Positions 1 to 7,212 of a stretch of DNA of 62,607 nt are shown piece by piece. Position 1 is the first letter of the stretch; each line of letters starts with the position of its first letter. The notes under the pieces were generated by a model, which made no database searches, was not told where the DNA came from, and saw only the letters and a list, made by a program, of their open reading frames with translations. This DNA comes from a candidate division WOR-3 bacterium (GTDB lineage: Bacteria > Hydrothermota > Tepidihabitantia > Tepidihabitantales > Tepidihabitantaceae): contig JBDRUF010000003.1 in NCBI GenBank assembly GCA_039801245.1, forward strand, positions 1 to 62,607. The letters are read 5' to 3'. The translations under genes were made by a program, and so were the position numbers.

Positions 1-1777
1 GAAACCAGTTTTCACCACCATCGGTTGTCTTGTAAACCCTGCCGCGGCTGCCAACTGTGAGATAAAGGGTTGAGGGGCTGTCAGGGTCAATTGCCATTAT
101 TTGGGGACGGGACTGGACAAAGGAGTCGCTCCCCGGAGTTATTCCCAGACCGTTGTTTTTCCAGAGCCAGGTGCTGCCGCCATCGGTGGTCTTGTAAACT
201 CCGTATCTGTTCAGCCAGATGTAGATAACGCTTGGGTTGGTCGGGTCAATGATAATCGGTCCAATCGTATGTCTGGGCAGTTCATTGGTTAAAATGCCCC
301 AGGTTTCACCGCCATCGGTGGAGCGAAACAGAAGCCCGGAGTCAACAACCCAGGGACCGGCACCGGCATAGATGATATTTGTGGAATCGGGGTGGATGGC
401 AAGGTAAAAACAGGTGTTGCCATAGCGCTGCAGTTCGTCGTGAATCCATTTAAAGGACTGTCCCCGGTCGGTGCTCTTCCAGGTGCCGCCATCACCAAGC
501 CCGACATAAATCAGATTGGAGTCAACCGGGTCAACAAGGATATGCCTGATACAGGTCACCTCAAGACCCCGGCCTTTCCAGTTGTCATCCGGACCGATGG
601 ATTCGGTATAGCACTGGTGCCAGTTAAGACCGGCATTGGTGGTTTTGACAACCGCCTCGGCTGAACAGTAAAAGAGCATCGCGGTATCTGCCGGGTTTAG
701 GGTCAGGGCATAGGGCTGGGGCGTGCCATAGAAGCGGACCCAGCCTGGTAGAACATTGAGGGTGGTGGTAATCCTTGCCCAGGTCTGTCCGCGGTTAATA
801 GACTTGTAAACCCCGCCGGAGCCAAAGTGAATCGCACCGGTGTAAATAACCGCAGGGTTTTTAGGGTTGATGACAATGTCAATGTATTTTGACGGTCTTA
901 AACCGGTGGTGCAGGCAAACCAGAGTTCACCGCCATTTGTGGTTTTAAAAACGCCGCCCCGCCAAGAGGGGATGGTGTCGGAGATGATGGTGAGATAGAG
1001 TTCATCTGGGTCTTGGGGGTTGATGGCGATATTCCTCGGGGTGATGGTGTCGGAGAATGGTGGCAGACCGTTGTTTTTCAATGTCCAGGTCTCACCGCTG
1101 TCGGTGCTTTTGTAGACGCCGTTATGGGCAACCGCATACAGGATGTGGGCACTGTCAGGGTGAACTATAAGGGCGGAGATGAGCGCGGTGGTGTCAATCC
1201 CGGTGTTGCGAATCATCCGCCAGTTTTCACCGCCGTCGGTGCTTTTAAAGATTGCGCCCTTGGTAGGAACCGGTGCCCAGCGGCTAACATCATTATGACC
1301 GAGCCTGGGCATACCGATGCCGGCATAGACGGTTAATGGGTTTTGCGGGTCAACCGCTATTGCGCCAACCGGGGCGGTGTAGTTGTAAACCCCGGGCGGT
1401 GGAAACCCATTTCTTTTTGGCACCCAGGTCTCACCGCCATCAGTGCTCTTGTGCACACCACCCCAGGTGCCAAGGAAGAGCGTGCCAGGCTCCTGGGGAT
1501 GGGGCACAACCCTTTCCACATAATAGTCGGTAAGACCGCTGTTAACGATGCGCCAGGAGAGACCATAATCGGTGGTTTTATAAACACCACCAACATCCGA
1601 GCCCACAAACACCGTTCCTGGATTGAGTGTGTCAAACGCCACAGTTGTAAACCAGCCACAACCACCTGGACCAACTGAATGCCAGCTGATGTCAGCCTGA
1701 GCAAAGGATGGGCTAAAGTTGAGAGAGAGGGAAAATAGGAGCAGATTGAGCCACCGCTTAGCCACTTTTCTCACCAT
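1..1777 (-). CDS. Secreted BNR/Asp-box repeat beta-propeller protein (sortilin/VPS10- or GH74-like); the C-terminal part lies beyond position 1
   Basis: By hand translation the frame is open from ATG at 1777 (MVRKVAKRWLNLLLFSLSLNFSPSFAQA, signal-peptide-like) down to position 1. There are about ten S/T-x-D-x-G-x-T-W Asp-box units (KSTDGGETW, KSTDGGENW, KSTDSGETW, KTTNGGELW, RSTDGGETW, KTTDGGSTW, KTTDGGENW and others). It is missing from the ORF track only because no stop codon lies in the window. Confidence 0.8.
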   Translation of the reverse strand, partial: MVRKVAKRWLNLLLFSLSLNFSPSFAQADISWHSVGPGGCGWFTTVAFDTLNPGTVFVGSDVGGVYKTTDYGLSWRIVNSGLTDYYVERVVPHPQEPGTLFLGTWGGVHKSTDGGETWVPKRNGFPPPGVYNYTAPVGAIAVDPQNPLTVYAGIGMPRLGHNDVSRWAPVPTKGAIFKSTDGGENWRMIRNTGIDTTALISALIVHPDSAHILYAVAHNGVYKSTDSGETWTLKNNGLPPFSDTITPRNIAINPQDPDELYLTIISDTIPSWRGGVFKTTNGGELWFACTTGLRPSKYIDIVINPKNPAVIYTGAIHFGSGGVYKSINRGQTWARITTTLNVLPGWVRFYGTPQPYALTLNPADTAMLFYCSAEAVVKTTNAGLNWHQCYTESIGPDDNWKGRGLEVTCIRHILVDPVDSNLIYVGLGDGGTWKSTDRGQSFKWIHDELQRYGNTCFYLAIHPDSTNIIYAGAGPWVVDSGLLFRSTDGGETWGILTNELPRHTIGPIIIDPTNPSVIYIWLNRYGVYKTTDGGSTWLWKNNGLGITPGSDSFVQSRPQIMAIDPDSPSTLYLTVGSRGRVYKTTDGGENWF

Positions 1778-2138
1778 CGGTTCATATTATCATAACCGAA
1801 ACAAAAGGGAAGACAAAGAGATGCCAGGTTAACTAAAAGGAGGGCAACGGGTTAGACCCTGATGAGGGCTAATATATAGAGAGTCGGGGATAGTGTAATC
1901 AGGGCAGGGGTGGAAAGGGTTTTGGGCGTGGTTTCAGAGAAAATCTGGGAGATTGATATCGGTGCGGTTTTGGGCGGGGAAAAGGGAAGGGCAAGGGGTA
2001 TAACAGGATAAATGGTGTTCAGGGCAGAGCCTGAAGCCCAACCTGAGACAGCACCCAAAAGGGCATCAGGGAGAAAAGCGGAGATGGTAGGGGGGACTGT
2101 CCCCGGGATGACCCCTGGGCTGGTCACTGACCGGGATT

Positions 2139-2168
2139 TTGGCACTTTCTCTATAATTTGCGTATAAA
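2139..2168 (+). promoter_or_regulatory. Sigma-70-type promoter TTGGCA-N18-TATAAA for the small-protein gene at 2195
   Basis: TTGGCA at 2139-2144, an 18-nt spacer ending in TGCG, and TATAAA at 2163-2168. The SD aaaggagggg follows. Confidence 0.5.
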
Positions 2169-2194
2169 TATGTGAGAAGAGAAAGGAGGGGAAA

Positions 2195-2569
2195 ATGGCA
2201 GAGCAAAATAATAGGATTAACCTGAACCGGCAGTTTGCGGGTGTTCTTAGAGAACTTGCCGCCAGTCCGGAAAATAACCCTTTTGCCGTTGTTGAACAAA
2301 AGGAGGCGGAGATTTGCTCCTGGCAGGAGATTGAGCCGCTCTTAAGGGGTATGGGTCTGAGTCTGGTGCGTCAGAACCAGTGCCGCTGGTTTCTGAGAGA
2401 GGTTATCAGGCTTTTGTGCAGCCAGTCACCCTATCTTGCCCAGCATATCAAGTTCTGCATCGGCAAATGGCAGGGGTTTGGACTGAATAGGGAGCTTTTG
2501 CAACTATTAGTGTGCGAGGTTTATGAATGGGCAAAGAGGCAAAAGAGGGATGATGCCAGGGCGGCTTGA
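2195..2569 (+). CDS. Small helical protein, paralog family member A (unknown function)
   Basis: 124-aa ORF with a strong SD. The C-terminal KWQGFGLNRELLQLL matches the KW-x-x-x-GL-x(3,4)-L motif of the ORFs at 2523, 11945 and 52712. Confidence 0.6.
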   Translation: MAEQNNRINLNRQFAGVLRELAASPENNPFAVVEQKEAEICSWQEIEPLLRGMGLSLVRQNQCRWFLREVIRLLCSQSPYLAQHIKFCIGKWQGFGLNRELLQLLVCEVYEWAKRQKRDDARAA

Positions 2570-2945
2570 TAGCGGTTTCAGGCTCAGGGCAAAAGGGGTT
2601 GCAGATGTTGCGGCAGAAAGGTATTTACGCCGGCTGGTAAATGGTGAATGCAGCCGGCGCTGGGATGAGGACATCAAGGGACAGGTTGAGGCATATCAAC
2701 AGATGCGCAACTATCTGGAGAACCTTTGGTTAGAGGTAAGGCGCATCCTTGAACAGCGAAGGGTTCCGGTTTATCAGTTTCTGTACTATCGCAACTTTGC
2801 CCAGCACATTGACCGGCTCTGGCGTCACTATTCAGGGAGGCAACTTGTGCTGCAGGTGCAACTGGCAATAGAAAAATGGCAGGGCTACGGGCTGAGAAGG
2901 GAAATCCTGAGAGAGATAATAGGTGTAATCAGTATTCCCGCTTAA
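2523..2945 (+). CDS. Small helical protein, paralog family member B (unknown function); start uncertain (ATG 2523, 2550 or 2553)
   Basis: VRRILEQRRVPVYQFLYYRNFAQHI...SGRQLVLQVQLAIEKWQGYGLRREILREI aligns by eye with the cores of the 11945 and 52712 proteins. Its stop TAA (2943-2945) overlaps the convergent methyltransferase stop in a shared TTAA. Confidence 0.6.
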   Translation: MNGQRGKRGMMPGRLDSGFRLRAKGVADVAAERYLRRLVNGECSRRWDEDIKGQVEAYQQMRNYLENLWLEVRRILEQRRVPVYQFLYYRNFAQHIDRLWRHYSGRQLVLQVQLAIEKWQGYGLRREILREIIGVISIPA

Positions 2946-5900
2946 ACACTTTTGGCTTTGGTGAGGCGGGCGTGAACCAATTCGGCAACTGCCCAGTAGA
3001 CCTCTTTCCGCTCCTCTTCGGTTAATCCGAGGGCATCAAAGACAACCTCATCAAGTGCTTTGCGGTCTGGTAATGGCTTTGGCTCCTGCTCCCTGATGGG
3101 CTTATTAGGGTCAAAACCGAGTTCGGTGAAGATGGGGTGGATTTCTTTAAAAATGAAGTTAGCAAAAATTTTTTTATTAAATTTAATATTTTCTATTGGA
3201 GGTATTGGCATTTCGTTATAATGACATACTTTCATTTGTATTGGTCCGCCTCCACCACCTTCGGGTGGACGACATAGAAGTTCTTTCCATAATCCTATAA
3301 GGCTGCTATTTAAAAACATATTCAACGATTCATCTTCTATATCGCACTTTTTATATACCCAATATAAGGCAGCATCTATGAAAGCATTTGCTTGATTATA
3401 AAAACAATATTTTCTTTCTCTTTCAAACATTGGCAGGATATTTTTGCTAATTTCCCATTCACCTAACTCCCACCATCTTGGTCTTCCTTTACAAGTGGGT
3501 CTTTTGTCAAATCCTTCCCTTTCTCCCCATTTTATATATTCCCAAGCCTTTGCTCCTTTTAATTCCTTTTCCGATTTATGGCACATAAAGACAAGGTAGT
3601 TTAAGTCTTCAAGTTTTACAATTATTGTCTTTAATTCCCTCGGGCTTTTTATCACCGGCTTTAAAAACTCTGCCTCAATTTCACCTTCCCAGCCCGCACC
3701 ATTTTGGACAGGAATCAGGCGAGAAGGCTCCTTCTCTGAAATCTCAGCAACCTGTTTAACGGTCATACCAACAGGTTTTAGATAGAAGAACTCATTGGCA
3801 CCGGTTTTAATACCAAACCTCACCTCAGCAATATCTCCCAATCTTACCAGTTTCCCTTTCCCTTTTTCAAGAATCTTGAAATAAATATCTGGCGCCCTTA
3901 GGTATTTTCCGCCCCATTTGTCGCCGATGTAGCGGGCAGATTTGATTAATGGGGCAGAAGAGCCGCGTTTGGTTTCGTCAGGTTCAGGTAGTTCAATGCC
4001 GTTTTCCCAAAGGGTGCGCTGGCGGATGGGGGTGACCCGATATTCTTTGGTAATGGCTCTTTCTTTTGCTTCCTCAATCTCCTCAAATATGACCGGGGAG
4101 AGGACCTGCTCAAATGGCACCTTGAACATCACGAACCGGGCGATTTTGTCCAGTCCGGCATCGCGGCGCTCTTCAGGGGCGGCGAGGAGGACGATGACGG
4201 TGTTGACATCTGCCCGGGCAAAGGTGCGTTTGGTCTCGTTGTCAATAATCATCTTGACATTGCTCTGTCTGAGGAGAAACTCCTGGAGGTCTTTGCCGTA
4301 GCCGACATCAAGCCAGGAGTTGGAGGTGATGAAGCAGAATGAGCCCTTTGGGTTCAGGAGGGACAGACCGTGGAAGTAGAAGTAGATGTAGAGGTCGCTT
4401 TTGGCATCGGGCTGCCGTCCCTTGAAGAAGTCGGGCCAGGCAGAAATGACCGAGAGGCGCAGTTTCTCCTTATGCATCTTTTTCAGTTCGCGCCAGTCGT
4501 CTTTGGAATACTCATCCTCGGGCAGCAGCGGCGGGGCAATCATCTCCTGACGGACATAGGGCGGGTTGCCGATGACGATGTCAAACCCTTCCTTTTCGCC
4601 CTCAAACACCTCCACAAAGGCGATGTCCCAGACAAACGGGATGTCCTTAACCGTCCTGATGGTATTGAGTGCCTGTTCAACCCGCTCAAGTTCTGCCTCC
4701 TTTTTTTCTTTTTCCGCCTGCCATTGGGCAATAAGGAGGTTTAACTCCTTTGGCTTGCCGGTATCGGCAAGGGTTAATTGGTCGTATAGTGACTCAATCT
4801 TACAGGTAAGGGTTTTGATTTCCTCGGAGAGGGCGTGGCGTTTGTGGAAAAGCGCATCCTGAAACAGTTGTTTTTCCTCCTCTTTGAGAAGTTCCTCGCT
4901 CAAGCCTTTTGTCTCCCCATAGAAATAGCGTAGTTTCTTGCCCTTCAACTGGGTGATTTTGCCTTTAAGATAAGGGGGCAGGTCCAGATGGGTGCGGTGG
5001 AGGTTGAAGTTGATGCCGCCTATCTCCTGGAGCAGGCTGTCACCTTGGCGCAATTTGAAGTTGAGATTGGGCAAAAGTGGGACCAGGGCTCTTTCAGCAG
5101 GTTTGAGTTCGGTCTCAACAACCAGTTGCAGCCAGAGGCGCAGTTCGGCAATATGGACCGCCCATTCCATTACATCAACGCCGTAGAGGCTTGAGCCGAT
5201 GATTTTGCGCCGGCGCTGGTAAGGGGTTTCCTCTATACCCAACTGGTAATTGGCACGGGCAATCAGGTCGTCTAAGACAAGAAGCATTCCTACCAGAAAT
5301 GAGCCGGAGCCGCAGGCAGGGTCGCACACGGTAACCGAGCGCAAAAGGTCGTTGAGTTTGTGCCAGAGGTTGAGGCGGGCGATTTCGTTGTCGGCTGACT
5401 CCTTGTCCGGCTGGTCATAGGCAAAGACTGCCCGATATAGGAGCGGTTTGTGGTTTTCGCCCAGATGATTGGCGAGCCAGTCAACAAGAGCCAGTCGGCA
5501 CATCAGGTCTATCTCCACCCTCGGGGTGTAAAAGATACCGGCTTTGCCGCGCTGGTCCTCCTTGGTAATGCCCTCAGAGGTGATGTTCACCAGTTGCTCA
5601 TAGACAATGCCAATCATCTCCGGGTCAACCGCAACCTCAACATCAAGGGGCGATGACTCGGTGATGGTGAAGTTGTGTCGCTCCAGGAAGCCGGGTTGAG
5701 TGCCTTGAAAGGAGTCAAAGAGAAGGGCAAAGAAACTGTCCGGGACAATTGGGTCGTATTTTTCGTCAAGTTTGTTGCGGGAGAAGAGACCGCCGTTGAG
5801 ATAGGGCGCGGTTGCCAGGGCGGTGCGAATTTCTTCAGGCAGGTGTTTGCGGTCCTGTCTGCCCGCCTGGAAACTCTGATTGAAGGCTTCAAAGAAGAGG

Positions 5901-6736
5901 ATGGAGAGCCAGTCAGAGAAGAAGGTGTCTTTGGGCTGGTTGGAGTTCTGGTAGGCTTGCCAGAAGGTGCGGATAAAGTTCGGGTTATTACCAAGCCACC
6001 GTTTCTTCTGGATGAAGTAAAGGAACATCAGCCGGTTCAGTAACTGGAGTGCGTAGTCGTGCGCCCAAACCTTGTCCTCCGTTTGTTCCATTAGGAGTTT
6101 TTGCAGGGTCTCAAACACATCTTGATAGCCGTCAAAGAACTCCTCGGTTACCGCCTCAACGCTGAAGGCATCCTCAATCCGCTGGAGTGTCGGGTCGGTT
6201 GCGTCATCCTCAAGGATGGGCAAAAGTCGGGACTGGGCGGTGTGACTGCCTTCATCTTTGCCAACCAGATAGGAGAAGCGCTTGGTGGGTGTGAGCTCGG
6301 GTTTAGCAGCAACCCTGCCGCTGGGTGTTGTGTCCAAGCGGTAGGCAAGTTTGACAAGGGAGAAACGCCAGGTGTCGGACTCGGGTGGGACAAATGCTAC
6401 CAGCGCCGCATCGGCAGGGTAGCCACCAATCCGCTGGTTGAGGTAGTAACCGATGAGGTTGCGCTGCATTGCGCGGGCGTGATAAAGTGAGGTTTCTTTT
6501 TGAAGTTGGACAACGAGCACATCAAGGCGGCTGTTAAACGGCTCCTGATAGAAACCGATGCGTTCAAGCGTTTTGACATAGGGCTGAAATGAGGCGGGAA
6601 GTTGGCTGGGGGGGATGGTCAGGGTTGACTCCTCCAGCCGATTAAGGAGATTTTTGATGAATTCCCGGAAAAGGGCAGGGTTAAACGGGTTTTCAAAAGT
6701 CTCGCTTATAAGGCGGACCGCCTGGTCGTGGGTCAT
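2942..6736 (-). CDS. Large gamma-class N6-adenine DNA methyltransferase, Eco57I / PglX-like (no BREX partner genes present)
   Basis: 1264 aa. SAM motif I is VCDPACGSGSFLV and catalytic motif IV is FDIVIGNPPYVRQE. There is a coiled-coil insert between the motifs and a large C-terminal region typical of type IIG/PglX-like enzymes. Confidence 0.85.
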   Translation of the reverse strand: MTHDQAVRLISETFENPFNPALFREFIKNLLNRLEESTLTIPPSQLPASFQPYVKTLERIGFYQEPFNSRLDVLVVQLQKETSLYHARAMQRNLIGYYLNQRIGGYPADAALVAFVPPESDTWRFSLVKLAYRLDTTPSGRVAAKPELTPTKRFSYLVGKDEGSHTAQSRLLPILEDDATDPTLQRIEDAFSVEAVTEEFFDGYQDVFETLQKLLMEQTEDKVWAHDYALQLLNRLMFLYFIQKKRWLGNNPNFIRTFWQAYQNSNQPKDTFFSDWLSILFFEAFNQSFQAGRQDRKHLPEEIRTALATAPYLNGGLFSRNKLDEKYDPIVPDSFFALLFDSFQGTQPGFLERHNFTITESSPLDVEVAVDPEMIGIVYEQLVNITSEGITKEDQRGKAGIFYTPRVEIDLMCRLALVDWLANHLGENHKPLLYRAVFAYDQPDKESADNEIARLNLWHKLNDLLRSVTVCDPACGSGSFLVGMLLVLDDLIARANYQLGIEETPYQRRRKIIGSSLYGVDVMEWAVHIAELRLWLQLVVETELKPAERALVPLLPNLNFKLRQGDSLLQEIGGINFNLHRTHLDLPPYLKGKITQLKGKKLRYFYGETKGLSEELLKEEEKQLFQDALFHKRHALSEEIKTLTCKIESLYDQLTLADTGKPKELNLLIAQWQAEKEKKEAELERVEQALNTIRTVKDIPFVWDIAFVEVFEGEKEGFDIVIGNPPYVRQEMIAPPLLPEDEYSKDDWRELKKMHKEKLRLSVISAWPDFFKGRQPDAKSDLYIYFYFHGLSLLNPKGSFCFITSNSWLDVGYGKDLQEFLLRQSNVKMIIDNETKRTFARADVNTVIVLLAAPEERRDAGLDKIARFVMFKVPFEQVLSPVIFEEIEEAKERAITKEYRVTPIRQRTLWENGIELPEPDETKRGSSAPLIKSARYIGDKWGGKYLRAPDIYFKILEKGKGKLVRLGDIAEVRFGIKTGANEFFYLKPVGMTVKQVAEISEKEPSRLIPVQNGAGWEGEIEAEFLKPVIKSPRELKTIIVKLEDLNYLVFMCHKSEKELKGAKAWEYIKWGEREGFDKRPTCKGRPRWWELGEWEISKNILPMFERERKYCFYNQANAFIDAALYWVYKKCDIEDESLNMFLNSSLIGLWKELLCRPPEGGGGGPIQMKVCHYNEMPIPPIENIKFNKKIFANFIFKEIHPIFTELGFDPNKPIREQEPKPLPDRKALDEVVFDALGLTEEERKEVYWAVAELVHARLTKAKSV

Positions 6737-6787
6737 AGGGTTTTAGAGGAGATAAGACGGATGGGGGGAGAAAAAAGGGGCATACCG

Positions 6788-7201
6788 TTAGCCTTTTTGC
6801 CGGGCGCGTTCAGCCAGGCGTGCCTTCATCATCCTTTCGCGCAAACCACCCTCTTGCCCGAAACTTTCTTCAAGGCGCCGCAGTTGCTGGTCAAGGAGAT
6901 AGTTTGCCTGATGGATAAGACAGACGATGGTATTAGCCGCAGTTTCCGGGTCGCCCTGCTCAATATAGGACGCATAGGTCCCATAGGACACATCAGACTT
7001 CTGGCACAGTTTTCTTATCTTTAGTGCCTGAGGGTGATTCTTGTTCCAAAGCGGAAGTGACCTGGTTCGCAAAAAGTCGCGGTAGTCGGCAAGCAACTCC
7101 TCAAGGCTGGCGCGGGCAATATTGGTTAGTTTGATTTCGGTGCGCTGGTAGGAAAGGAGTTTGTGATAACCACCGTGAGGGGGAATGAAGCGTTCAGGCA
7201 T
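6788..7201 (-). CDS. Four-helix-bundle protein with four-helix-bundle suffix domain (family common inside R-M/defence operons); apparently internally shortened
   Basis: GGYHKLLSYQ...TEIKLTNIARASLEELLADYRDFL...FGQEGGLRERMMKARL matches my recollection of the TIGR02436 core plus suffix-domain family. The segment normally containing DQMVQAARSGKQNI.EGS is absent. Confidence 0.6.
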   Translation of the reverse strand: MPERFIPPHGGYHKLLSYQRTEIKLTNIARASLEELLADYRDFLRTRSLPLWNKNHPQALKIRKLCQKSDVSYGTYASYIEQGDPETAANTIVCLIHQANYLLDQQLRRLEESFGQEGGLRERMMKARLAERARQKG

Positions 7202-7212
7202 AATTCGCCTCT

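Noticed and set aside
1852-2299. 97-aa and 77-aa minus-strand ORFs in the 1778-2194 spacer
   Set aside because: They are P/S/T-rich products of the C-rich strand of a purine-skewed spacer. They have GTG/weak starts without an SD, and they overlap the promoter of gene 2195.
2915-2926. 12-mer GATAATAGGTGT shared between the 3' end of gene 2523 and the AT-rich spacer (60499-60510), considered as possible island boundary repeats
   Set aside because: In a 62.6-kb window on the order of a hundred exact 12-mer coincidences are expected by chance. The flanking sequence shows no extended similarity.
3942-6490. Several 60-130-aa ORFs antisense or out of frame inside the methyltransferase gene (e.g. 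3942-4301, 4370-4744, 5614-5994, 6101-6490)
   Set aside because: They are embedded in a 1264-aa ORF with clear MTase motifs. Their translations are low-complexity and lack SDs, so they are typical shadow ORFs. The same reasoning applies to shadow ORFs inside the SNF2, C25, S8, nitroreductase-like (39014-39655) and TMTC-like (45801-46274) genes.
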